This document shows, in pieces, positions 49,759 to 62,910 of a stretch of DNA of 64,000 bases (position 1 is its first letter; every line of letters starts with the position of its first letter). The translations under genes were made by a program, and so were the position numbers. Source of the stretch: Leucoraja ocellata (Eukaryota); assembly GCA_036785375.1 (NCBI GenBank), contig JAWMAR010000722.1, forward strand, positions 558,001-622,000, read 5' to 3'. The notes beneath the pieces were generated by a model, which was given only the letters and a program-made list of their open reading frames with translations, did not search any database and was not told where the DNA came from.

Positions 49759-52390
49759 AAGATAGTCTGAGGGTCTCCAATAAGAGAGATGGCGAGTCAG
49801 AACTGCCCTCTAGTTGGTGATAAGATGGTTCAGTTGCCTGATAACAGTAGCTGGGAAGAAACTTCCCTGAATCTGGATATGGGCGTTTTCACACTTCTTA
49901 CCTGATGGGAGAGGGGAAAAGAAGGAAAGATGTTCTAGTTGAAACCAGGATAACTATTAACCGGGTTCCTGCATGTAGATGACTTTGAGATCCTTCAGAC
50001 TGTCCACTCCAAGGACATCAACAACACCAACATCCTACATTTATCTAGCACCTTTGATGAATCAGAAGCAAGTCTCGAGCGTTCACACATGCATCAATTG
50101 TGAATACACACAAAGTGCTGGAGTAACTCGGCGGGACAGGCAGCATCTCTGGAGAGAAGGAATGGGTGACGTTTCGGGTCGAGACCCTTCGTAAGACTCC
50201 TCCTCCTCTCTCTGACGAGAGTTCTGCAAGATCATCGCTCGCTGCTCCCCCTCTGTGATTCCCTCCTGCTCTCGAAACTCCACCACCACGTTTTACCCCA
50301 GACTCGCTACCACAGCATGAATGTCCTCCTCTGCATCAATTGTGAACTCCTTAGGGGTGCAGTCTGACTGCGTACTGAAGCCATAATTTCTCCCCTCTCG
50401 AGAACAATTGCTGATCTCTATAACGCTTCATGTTTATTCCGGTCACGCCTCGGAAACTTTATAGTGAAGAATTTGAGGGAACAAACTGTGTTTGTCCACC
50501 AGCTGTAGTATATTAAAATAATCACTCTCTGCACTTTGCCTCGTTTTGTTTCAATATATTTCCCATTTCAAATATTCTTAAGTATTCTTTTAAAAAAAGT
50601 CTTATTTTAATGTTACGATGATATAATTTAAATATAATTATAGCTTTGATTATAGCTCAGCTATAACTAAAATTTATCGAGGAAAATGCATGAATTATTA
50701 AAATTAAAATATTTAACCATAATTGCTTTTAATCACGACTATTTAACAAATGCTTGGGAGCAGCAAGGGGTAAATCAGCCACTCCGTCCCTCAGATAGAC
50801 ACAAAGCGCTGGAGTAACTCAGCGGGTCAGGCAGCATCTGTGGAGAAAAAAGATGGGTGACTTTTCAGTTCATGACCCTTCTTCAGACTCGGGGTGGGGG
50901 TCCCAACCGGAAACTTCACCCATCCTTTTTCTCCAGAGATGCTGCCTGACCAGCTGAGTTTCTCCAGCATTTTTGTTTACCAGCTGAGTTACTCTGGCAC
51001 TTTGTGTCTATCTTCGGAGTAAACAAGCATCTCTCTGAAGGTCCTTTCTACACTCCTTCCTCTATGAGGAAACAAAAACTGTGTAAGAAAGAAGTGCAGA
51101 TGGAGATAAAATCGAAGGTAGACACAAAATGCTGGAGTAACTCAGAGGGTGAGGCAGGATCTCTGGAGAGAAGGAATGAATGGGCCAAAATGCTGGTGGA
51201 ACTCAGCGGGTGAGGCAGCAACTCTAGAGAGAAGGAATGGGCTTATCTCCAGAGATGCTGCCTCACCCGCTGAGTTACACCAGCATTTTGTGTCTACCAA
51301 AGAACTGAAGACGCTGGTTTATACCAAAGATAGACGCAAAGTACTGGAATAACTCAGCCGGGTCAGGAAGGATGAACAAGGAAGGATGACATTTTGGTTC
51401 GGGAACCTTCATCCATCCCTTATGTTTAGGATCCTCAGCAAAAAGGGGGGTACCTGAGCAACAGTTGTTTACATGCGAGGTTTCACAGAAACATAGAAAC
51501 ATAAAAAATAGGTGCAGGAGTAGGCCATTCGGCCCTTCTTACCCCGTACTTACTTTTTCCCCCATATCCCTTGATTCCGTTAGCCCTAAGAGCTAAATCT
51601 CACTCTCACCTGATGGAGAAGGCGCACAGGGTCTGGAAACGAGTCAGTAGTTTATGGAACCGAGGAGTCAGTAGTTAAAGGACGTTCCTTTAGGAACGAG
51701 ATGAGGAGGAATTTATTTAGTCAGAGGGTGGTGAATCTGTGGAATTCATTGCCACAGAAGGCTGTGGAGGCCTTGATATTTTTAAGGCAGTGATAGATAG
51801 ATTCTTGAGTAGTACGGGCATCAGGGGTTATGGGGAGAAAACAGGAGAATGGGGTTAGGAGGGGGAATAGATCAACCATGATTGAATGGCAGAGTAGACT
51901 TGTTGGGCCGAATGGCCTAATTCTGCTCCACTCACTTCTGAACTTATGAACACCTAGCAAACATTGAAAGTCAATGGGACCCCTGTTCCCAGGCTGTTAT
52001 GCAGCTAACCCTGAGGTTTGCTCCACTAGGAATAGTCTTGCTGAGCTGGCCTATTGCTCTGAGCCCTGGCCCTCTGGTTCCTGCCCATTTGATTGCAGAG
52101 GGTCAATCTGACTGACCCACTCCCACCATTGAGTCAGGTGGTGAGATCTCAGTTAGTGCAAAGGCCCCACTCCCAGAATACAAACCCTGCCACCCCTTCC
52201 CAACCTCCTGACAAACCTTGATGGAGTGCAAAGCAGGCAACAGAGTTTTTGTTTTGGCATTCAAGGATGCAGCATGGAAACAGGCCATTCAGCCCACCAA
52301 GTCTACATTACATTCGATCACCCATTCACACAAATTCTGTGTTATCCTATTTTCTCATTCACTCCCTACACACTTGGGGTAATTTTACAG

Positions 52391-53059
52391 AGACAATAGA
52401 CAATAGGTGCAGGAGTAGGCCATTCGGCCCTTTGAGCCAGCACCTCCATTCACTGTGATCATGGCTGATCATCCACAATCAGTACCCCGTTCCTGCCATC
52501 TCCCCATATCCCCTTTCTCCGCTATCTTTAAGAGCTCCATCTAATGCTCTCTTGAAAGCATCCAGATAATTGGCCTCCACTGTGTTCTGAGGCAGAGAAT
52601 TCCACAACTCTCTGGGTGAAAAGGTTTTTCCTCATCTCCGTTCTAAATGGCTTACACCTTATTCTTAAACTGTGGCCCCTGGTTCTGGACTCCCCCAACA
52701 TCGGGAACATATTTCCTGCCTCTAGCTTGTCCAAACCCATAATAATCTTATATGTTTCAATAGGATTTCCTCTCATCCTTCTAAATTCCAGTGTGTACAA
52801 GCCCAGCCGCTCCATTCTACCAGCATATGACAGTCCCGCCATCCTGGGAATTAACATTGTGGAACCTACGCTGCACTCCTTCAATAGCAAGAATGTCCTT
52901 CCTCGAATTTGGAGACCAAAACTGCACACAATACTCCAGGTGTGGTCTCACTAGGGCTCTGTACAACTGCAGAAGGACCTCTTTGCTCCTATGCTGAACT
53001 CCTCTTGTTATGATGGCCAACATGCCATTCGCTCTCTTCACTGCCTGCTGTACCTGCAA
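52391..53059 (-). mobile_element. CR1 LINE 3' fragment nested in a SINE
   Basis: QVQQAVKRANGML...; (ctattgt)n tail. Confidence 0.92.
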
Positions 53060-54646
53060 GCTTCCTTCCAGTGACTGAGTTCAGGGTCGATTAACCTACA
53101 AACCCACACGTCTTCCGGATGTGGGAGGAAACCAGAGCACCCGGAGGGAACCCACTTGGCCAAAGGGAGAATGGCAAGAGCGTTTATTGTCATAGGTCCT
53201 GAAACGGAGAATGAAACTCTTACTTGCAGCAGCAGAACAGGTTGTAACACCTTTATCCTATATCTGTACACTGTGGACGACTTGCTTGTAATAATGACAC
53301 AGAGTTGACTGGATAGCAGACAACAAAAAAGTTTCTCATGTGCATTCTCCACACAGACAGTAGCTGACTTTGGGATTGAACCTGGGTCTCTGGTTTCTGA
53401 AAGGCAGTGGCTCTACCTGCTGTGCCACAGTGCTATCAGCTCAACTGGAACTACAACTAGGGTTAGATTAAGGTCTCTTATTGCAGCTCTTCGAGCACCA
53501 GCTAGTTCATGTTGTGAGCCTGAAAACTTGTTATGCTGCACTGCTGTTCAAAATCTAAACCAGATACGGCCTCAAATAATATAAACAGTGATGAAACTCA
53601 CAGATTTGTCTTCGGACAAAGCTATAAATCAATCAAACAGATTTAAGAAATTCTCTGTCAGGCCTTACCAGCAAGTTGTCACTTACAAGACAAGAGTTCC
53701 CCGCAAGGTTTTAAAAAATAAAAAAAGTTAATTTCAACACAATTTTACAATTTATGAGGATGCTGTCAGTTCTTGAGGGCCTGAGCTAAAGGGAGAGGTT
53801 GAGCAGGCGAGGACTATATTCCTTGGTGCACCCTGATGTTATAGGGGTGTACAAAATCATGAGAGGAATAGATCGAGTCGATGCACAGAGTCTCTTGCCC
53901 AGAGTAAGGGAATCCAGAACCAGAGGAGTTGAAAGATTCAATAGGAACCTGAGAGGTAACTTTTTCGCATAAAGGGTGGTGGGTCTATGGAACGAGTTGC
54001 TGGAGAAGGTAGTTGAGGCAGGTACTATCACGACGTTTAAGAAACATTTCGATAGGTACATGTGTAGGAAGGAACTGCGGATGATGGTTTACACCGAAGA
54101 TAGACATGAGATGATGGAGTAACTCAGAGGGTCAGGTAACATCTCTGGAGAAAAGGAATAGGTGACGTTTCGGATCAAGACCCTTCTTCAGACTGAGAGT
54201 CAGGGGAGAGGGAAACTAGACATACATGGATAGGACAAGTTTAGATGGATATGGGCCAAACGCAGGCAGATGGGACTAGTGTAGATGTAGGGACATGTTG
54301 GCATGTGTGGGCAAGTTGGGCATCTTTCCACATTGTATGAATCTATGAATCCATGGCATAAAATCACTTAAAAATAATGAAAGACATTGAATTAAGGTAA
54401 ATTATTTAAAGAAAAAACTTTCCTTTCTCTTTACCTCCTAATCGCTGTGGACACCTGACATGAGATAGATCAATGAGGTAACTTGTCTGAGCAACAGTGA
54501 GGGAACCTAGCTCTATCAATAGACTCCCTATGGAGCTGGGTGCTGCTATCCAGTAATGGGAGTGACTCCACCCATCATTGCTCAGTAACTTTTGGACTTG
54601 GTCTTGTTGGGCAATGCATGGATAAAATCAGCTAGGTTTCAACAGC

Positions 54647-54967
54647 TTAGTTTAGTTTAGTTTAGAGATCCAGCGCGGAGAACAGGCCCTTCGGCCCACC
54701 GAGTCCACACCTACCAGCGATCCCCGCACATTAACACTATCCTAAACACTCGGGACAATTTACACATTACCAAGCCAATTAACATGCATACCTGTATGTC
54801 TTTGGAGTGTGGGAGGAAACCGCAAATCTCGGAGAAAACCCATGCCGTCACGGGGAGAACGTACAAACTCCGTACAAACTGCACCCATAGTCGGGATTGA
54901 ACCTGGGTCTCTGGCACTGCAAGCGATGTAAAGCAGCATCTCTACCGCTGTGCCACCATGGCCGCCC
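54647..54967 (-). mobile_element. HE1-type SINE, near full length (other minus copies 12218-12525, 37128-37375, 48235-48490, 55615-55910, 62270-62541)
   Basis: Reverse complement of the same SINE, with (tttag)n at the left end. Confidence 0.88.
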
Positions 54968-57172
54968 AATATTTGGCTGAGAGCCGATGTTTCTGATCGG
55001 AACTGCTGACCCCAACCCCACAAGTCTCGCCCTGTTATTTTATTTATTTATTTTTTTTTGTTTATTTTATTAGAAGTTAATACAGCACAAAACAATAACT
55101 CGCCCTGTTATTTTATATGGGGTAGGGGGGTCATTAATTAATTTGCTCTTTGCTGTGAAGAGAATGTTCTGTACCAGATATTTTCACGTTCTAGTAGTCG
55201 TTGTAAAGTTTGACATTTTTTTCCAAACGACAAATTAAGTTTCAGTGTTCAATGGTTCAATGGCTCTCAATTGTTGCATGTACTGAGGTACAGTGAAATC
55301 CCTCTTTTGCATACAGTTCAATGAAGATTAAGTACAAAGTTTATAGAAATAGTCCACGGAGACAATACACAAGAGTCATCAGGTTCCAGTCTTTCTGGTG
55401 AAATTCTAAATTCTACCAAAGACCCAGAAATTTGCAATTGAAGGAATCACAACAAACTCAAGTATGTCTTTTTTCTGTTCCAAATTAATGTTAGCGGCAA
55501 GTGTTCAAATTAGATTTAATAATGAGTAACAATCCAGGCCTCATTGGTCATTAGCGTGGTGAAGTTCAATGTTGTGTTGAAAGGGATAGGAAAAAAAGCT
55601 GATCCATTTGGAAAGGTTTGGAGTTTAAAGATCCAGTGCGGAAACAGGCCCTTCGGCTCACCGAGTCTGCGCCAACCGGCGATCCCTGTTACACTAGCAC
55701 ACACGACACACAAAGGACAATTACAATTTTTACCAAAGCCAATTAACCTACAAGCCTGTAAGTCTTTGGAGTATGGGGTGAAACCGGAGCACCCGGGGAA
55801 AACCCACACGGTCACGCGGAGAACTTACAAACTCTGCACAGACATGGTCAGGGTCGAACCTGGGTCTCTGGTACTGTAAGGCAGCAACTCTACCTCTGCG
55901 TCACCGTGCCACATTAACTTCTGTGGTGAGCAGAGTAGTAATTTGACTGGTGCTCAGGAGCACATCAACACCGACCATAACAGACAGAGGTAGGAGTGAG
56001 TCATTTGGGCCCTTGGACCTATTGCACCGTTCAACAAGACCATGTCACTTTGCTATACAAACCTCTTACACCTTAATTCCTTTAAACTGTTTCATTTTTC
56101 TGTTGAACAAATAACTAAGTCCCCATAATGATATTTCGTAGAAAATTCCAAAGATTCCAATGCAGGTACTATCGCAATGTTTATGAAATATTTAGGTAGG
56201 TACATGGGTAGGACAGGTTTAGAGGGATATGGGCCAAACGTAGGCAGGTGGGACTATTGTAGATGGGACATGTTGGTCTGTGTGGGCAAGTTGGTCCGAA
56301 GGGCCTGTTTCCACCCTGTCTGACTGGACATTTGCAGTAGGTCCTTTTTTCTCTTGTATTGAATCCCTTACAATAAAAACAAACACAGGTTGCCATTCCC
56401 TTTGCTTGCTGGAAATCATAAGATCATAAGTAATAGGAGCAGAATTAGGCCATTCAGCCCATCAGGCCTACATCACCATCATCATGATCTATCTCTCCCT
56501 CCTAGCCCCATTCTCCTGCCTTTTCCCTATAACCCTTGGCATCAGTACTAATCAAGAATCTATTCATCTCTGAGTTAAAATGTTTGTTAACTGAGTTGCA
56601 TGTATACAAGGGCATCCAGATCCCTTTGAATATCAAGATGTATCAAACTCCCACCATTCAAAACAAAAATCCACTTTTCATTTTTTTGCTAACCATAGCG
56701 AATAACCTGACATGTTTCCATATTATATTCTATCTGGCATGTTGTCACCAATTCATTTCATCTTTCAATACCCTTTTGAAACGTCTTGGCATTTTCTTCA
56801 TAACTCACAATGTCATACAGCTTTCTATCATCAGAGAATCTGGAGATTATATATTGGGTCCCCTCATCCAAATCATTGATCTAGATGATGAATAGTATGG
56901 ATCCCCGCTACAATTCCTGTGGCACTTCACTAATCATTGCCTCCCAACGCTAAAGCTATCATTGATTCACACATTCTAGTTTATGTAAACCAAACCTCGC
57001 CCTGTGCCAATGTATGACTTCCATAAACACACACATTCTGATTTTGTTTAATAATCTCTACAGGGCAATTTAGCTTAGTTTAGCTTTGGCTTAGTTTAGA
57101 GATGGAGCATGGAAATGGGCCCTTCGGCGCACAGAGTCCACGCAGAGTCCACCCGTACACTAGTTCTATGTT

Positions 57173-58856
57173 TAGGTATGTTACAAAACCTACCTGAATC
57201 GTGGCTGAGCATCTGCCCCACCCCTTGTGTGTGATTTTGGCGCTGTTTGGAGGGGGCGGGTTTAAAACGCGATTTTTACTAGGCTGTTCCAATCGCAGAT
57301 GTTCAGCCTAGTAAATCATTAACGGAGAATCGCTGCAAGACCCGGTCGCAAAAGCTATTATTAGTTTTATAGGCCTCGAATAATAGATATAATAGTTTTA
57401 TAAGCTCTCGTTCACTCCGCAACCTCTCGCAGCCCCAGGGTTTTATAAAGCAAACTATTAAAGGTATGTACCTTATTTTTACATTAAATGGGGCATATAT
57501 ATAACCCTATATATCAAGTTATCTATAGCGAGTAGTTCATTTTGGGCTTTTTATATCCCGCACTATTTTTCTCGGCATTTGAGGGCACTAATCCAGCGCG
57601 ATGTCAACGTTCTAAACCAGCGCGTTCCACATGAACCCACTAGAAAGCCGATTTAAATGGGCATTTATTTACAGCAATTGAACACTAAATTCCATTTTAT
57701 CCATTTTATTCCAAAATTATCCATTTTGGTGGCAAAAACGGGAAAGCAGATTATTATCTAAACGGTGGCCGATTGGGAAAGGGGGAGATGCAGCGAGACC
57801 TGGGTGTCATGGTACACCAGTCATTGAAGGTGGGCATGCAGGTGCGGCAGGCAGTAAAGAAAGCGAATGGCATGTTGGCTTTCATAGCAAGAGGATTTGA
57901 GTATAGGAGCAGGGAGGTTCTACTGCAGTTGTATAGGGTCTTGGTGAGACCACACCTGGAGTATTGCGTGCAGTTTTGGTCTCCAAATCTGAGGAAGGAC
58001 ATTATTGCCATAGAGGGAGTGCAGAGAAGGTTCACCAGACTGATTCCTGGGATGTCAGGACTGTCTTATGAAGAAAGACTGGATAGACTTGGTTTATACT
58101 CTCTAGAATTTAGGAGATTGAGAGGGGATCTTATAGAAACTTACAAAATTCTTAAGGGGTTGGACAGGCTAGATGCAGGAAGATTGTTCCCGATGTTGGG
58201 GAAGTCCAGGACAAGGGGTCACAGCTTAAGGATAAGGGGGAAATCCTTTAAAACCGAGATGAGGAGAACTTTTTTCACACAGAGAGTGGTGAATCTCTGG
58301 AACTCTCTGCCACAGAGGGTAGTTGAGGCCAGTTCATTGGCTATATTTAAGAGGGAGTTAGATGTGGCCCTTGTGGCCAAGGGAATCAGAGGGTATGGAG
58401 AGAAGGCAGGTACGGGATGATCAGCCATGATCATATTAAATGGCGGTGCAGGCTCGAAGGGCCGAATGGCCTACTCCTGCACCTAATTTCTATGTTTCTA
58501 TGTTTCTATGTTTCCTTCCATTTGGCCTATAAATTAATGTAAATTAGATATAAAAATCATGTTATATTGTGAATTATTTGTGAATAATCTTTGGACACTT
58601 AGGCTATTTAAAAATGTTAATCTTTCCTTAAGAAATGGGCTTTTGACTATCCAAGATCACAGCTTTTTTGTAATGTCCATTGAAAATCAATAGGGAACAA
58701 GATGCTAATTTCCGAGTATGAAAATGGCCATAACTTTTTTAATACTTGAGATATGAAAGTGAATTTGGTGTCAAATTAAACTTATTGTTATGCTTTATCT
58801 GATGGGATAAATTGCAGACTTGATTTTTAAAATCTCAAAATTTTGTAACATTGCTA
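57173..58856. mobile_element. Non-autonomous DNA transposon (hAT-like) with a nested CR1 fragment
   Basis: Imperfect TIR TAGGTATGTTACAAAA / TTTTGTAACATTGCTA; CTATGTT duplicated at both flanks (7 bp exact); inserted in a SINE. Confidence 0.75.
57717..58513 (+). mobile_element. CR1 LINE 3' fragment
   Basis: ORF 57773-58420; (ttctatgt)n tail. Confidence 0.94.
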
Positions 58857-60110
58857 CTATGTTATCCCAGTTTCGCATCCTACACACTCGGCCGGGGTGA
58901 ATTACAGAGGTCAATTTACCTACAAACCTGCACATTTCTGGGAATGCAGGAGGAAACCGGAGCACCCGTAGAAAAACAATAGGACAGCACCCTTGGTCTG
59001 GATCGAACCTGGGTCTCTGGTGTTGTTAGGCAGCCTCTCTACCCTTGCACCACTGTGCCACCTTCTTGAAGGTTTTGTGAAAGATAAAATATGAAAGACA
59101 AAAGACATCACATCCACTAATCCCTTCTGCTGGATGCAACTTGTTTCCTCTGAGAGATTTGCCAAACGTGATTTCCCTTTCACAAATCTATGTTGATTCG
59201 GCCCATAAGTGTACTCAATAATACTTTCTTGTACTTGCCCGAGTATGTGTGCAAGTCCAATAGTCCTGTGGTCCCACATTTTCTCTTTCCCTTCTTAAAA
59301 TTGTGAAGAATCTTATGCTGCCCTTCAGTCATGAGAAGATTGGTGCAGCGGTGGCATAATGGTCAGTTTCCTTTTGTTCTATATCTCTCGACATCACCGT
59401 CTATAGGTATATCTCTCTTTTTCTTTTCCCCTGACTCTCAGTCTGAAGAAGGGTCTCAACCCAAAACGTCATCTATTCCTTTTCTCCAGAGATGCTGCTT
59501 GACCCGCTGAGTTACTCCAACTTTCTGTGCCTACCTGCAGTTCCTACCTACGCAATGATTGTAAAATTCATTTGTTCCAATTTGTCCAGCTTCGGCAATG
59601 ATTCAGTCAGTGGTAATGCTCAATATTTGTCCCTGAGTTTCCACGTTCCAATTACCTGATTTCCCATTAATTGTCATTCTGCTGGTCCTCAAGGCATCGT
59701 AAGTACCATCTGCACAATCATTTGCAAAGGCAAGATTTGTAAATCACCATTAAACCGAGAGAGTCAGCAGAAATAACAGGAGAGGCTGGAAGTACGACAG
59801 AATATAAACCATGTTGAAAACCTTTGCTTGCAAGTTTAATGAGTTAAAGTCTTTTATTTTGCATAGCGTACTTTTTTACAGAGTTCATGTGGTTTTTACT
59901 TCAATCAATTGACATTTCACTTACTACAAAGCTTATTGACACCAACTTGCACTAATTTCTGTTAATTTATTTATTGAACGTGGATGGTGCTCAGAGTTGC
60001 CAATCTCTATCAACTCCTGAACTGAATAATTTGTTAGGCTATTTGAGTGGGCAGTTAAGAGTCGACTACGTTTGTGAGTAGGGCAGCACAATAGTGCAGC
60101 GGTAGAGTTA

Positions 60111-60456
60111 AGGGCCTGTCCCACGAGCATGCGACTCCATGCGGCAAACGCGACCTAACGTGGTCGCTTGAGCCGTACGGCCTCGCGGGGCCGGTCCCAC
60201 TTCGATCGCCGGAGCCGTATGGAGTTGTGCGAAGCTGGTCCCGACATCGCGCGGGGCTCCGAAAAACTGACCGTGTTCAAAAATTCCGCGTGGCAACGGC
60301 CTGCCGGCCCGCAGCCGCCTCGACACCATACGTCATGTGTGAACTTCCTGCGGACTTCGCTCGATCTTCATGTCACTCACTCGACCTCCGCGCGACCCCG
60401 CTTCTGGTTTGGTCGCGCTCGCCGCGTGCAGGTCGCATGCTCGTGGGACAGGCCCT
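60111..60456. mobile_element. PIF/Harbinger-type MITE
   Basis: Perfect 25-bp TIR AGGGCCTGTCCCACGAGCATGCGAC, TTA TSD, CpG-rich; inserted in a SINE head. Confidence 0.9.
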
Positions 60457-62599
60457 TTACAGCCTTACATCATCAGAGACCCGGGTTCAATCCTGACTAC
60501 GGGTACTGTCTATATGGAGTTTTTTGGTTCTCTTTGTGACCATGTGGGTTTTCTCCGGGTGCTCCAGTTTACTCCCACTCTCCAAAGACATAGGTTTGTA
60601 GGTTAATTGGCTTCAGCAAAATTGTGAAATTGTCCCTAGTGCGTAGGATGGTGCTAGTATATGGGGTGATCGCTGGTCGGCGGCAACTCGTAGGGCCAAA
60701 GGGCCTGTTCCCACACTGTATCTCTGAAACATAAAGTCTAAAGACACTCGTGAAAGACTAGACTTGGTTGGGATGGGAGAATTCTTGGATAACGGACATG
60801 TGAAAATCAGACGGATTTTAACAACAGCCCGGCAATTTTCAAGCACAGAGCCACTAATTCCAACTTTGTTTGATTGAATTTAAATTCCCCAGATGACGCT
60901 GATAATTTTTAATAATCCAGGCTTCTGGTTACTAATCCCATAACATAACCAGTGTGGTACTCTATTGCTATATCACAGCACACAGATCAGGGCAGCGTTG
61001 CTAGTACATTATCAAAACACCACGTCCTATACCAGTGAAGCACTTGCTTTCAATCTGATCTCCATCGCCACGCCGTGGTGGGACATACAAGACCTAAAGA
61101 TCGATGCATTGATAGTTTATTGTCTTGGGGCAGTGAAATTCTTTGTTTTTGCTTACAATACACAAGTATGCAAACAGCGGCATTGAGCGGCACGGTGACG
61201 CAGCAGTAGAGTTGCAGCGTCGGAGACCTGGGTTCGATCCCGACTACGGGTGCTGTCTGTAAGGAGTTATTATGTTCTCCGCGTGTATTTTCTCCAAGAT
61301 CTTCGATTTCATCCCACACTCCAAAGACACACAGGTTTGTAGGTTAACTGACTTGGTGTGTGCGTAAATTGTCCCAAGTAATAGGATAGTGTTAATGTGC
61401 TGGGAGCGCTGGTCGGTGTGGACTCGGTGGGCCGAAAGGTCTGTTTCCGCGCTGTATCTCTGAACTAAACTAAGTGTAGGCTGCCGACCAAGTTAAAAGG
61501 GTAGCTTAGACTGAGACTGACTCCCCTCCCCCTCCCACCCCCCAACTCCCCAATATTTCCACGTCCCCACTCGTCACTTTAATTTCATGTTTCATGTATT
61601 TTGTGTTTTTAATGACTGTTGGCAGATCAATTTCCCTCCTGGCATAAATACAGTTCTATCGTATCGTGTCATATCGTGATATAGCCCGATGGTCCCTCTT
61701 CCTCCTCTCACCCCTCCACCCCCCCAGTACCTACTGGCCCCTCCCACACCAGGTCCCCCTTTGTTCTCGACGGCCCCCCAACACCAGGGCATCCCCCTTT
61801 CTTCTCGACGGCCCCCTCACCCCGAACCCCTGGTTGGTCTCGGCGGTGTGTCCTCTACTGACCACACGTTTGCACAACAGAACAAACTTATGTCTACAAC
61901 CATCTTAGTTTTACCCAAGCTGCTCGGGCTTAATATGGTGCCCTGGAACCACTCCCTGTGACCCTTAGAATGCCCATACATTCCTAGGCCTACTCTAGAT
62001 TAGTTTAGAGATATAGTATAGAAACAGCCCCTTTGTCTGAAGAAGGGTGTCGACCCGAAACGTTACCCATTCCTTCTCTCCAGAGATGCTGCCTGTCCTG
62101 CTGAGTTACTCCAGCTTTTTGTGTCTATCTTCGGTGCAAGCCATCGACTGCAGTTCCTTCCTGCACGCTGATTATTGTAGAAGCGTTTCGACCCGAAACG
62201 TTGCCTATTTTCTTCTCTCCATAGATGCTGCCTCACCCGCTGAGTTTCTCCAGCATTTTTGTCTACCTCTGACTATTGATCACCTGTTCACGCCAGTTCC
62301 ATGTTATCCCACTTTCTCATCCATTCCCTAAACACGAGGGACAATTTTACAGAGGCTAATTAACCTACAACCGTGTAAGTCTTTGGGATGCGGGAGGAAA
62401 CCGGAGTGCCCGGAGAAAACCCACGCAGGTCAGGGGGGAGAACGTACACACTCCATGCAGACAGTCACCCATAGTCAGGATCGAACCCAGGTCCCTGGTG
62501 CTGTAAGGCAACAACTCTACCGCTGTGCCTCCATGCCGCCCTTTTTTTTAATGGATTTTAATGATTTTTAAATGTTCCTGACAGAGAGTTTTAAAGACT

Positions 62600-62910
62600 A
62601 TCCAGAACAAGGGGTCACAGTTTAAGGATAAGGGGGAAATCTTTTAGGACTGAGATGAGAAAAACATTTTTTACACAGAGAGTGGTGAATCTCTGGAATT
62701 CTCTACCACAGCAGGTAGTTGAGGAAAGTTCATTGACTATATTTAAGAGGGAGTTAGATGTTGCCCTTGTGGCTAAAGGTATCAGGGGGTATGGAGAGAA
62801 GGCAGGTACAGGATACTGAGTTGGATGATCAGCCATGATCATATTGAATGGCGGTGCAGGCTCGAAGGGCCGAATGGCCTACTCCTGCACCTATTTTCTA
62901 TGTTTCTATT
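62600..62910 (+). mobile_element. CR1 LINE 3' end
   Basis: RTRGHSLRIRGKSFRTEMRK... and the CR1 3' UTR. Confidence 0.88.
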
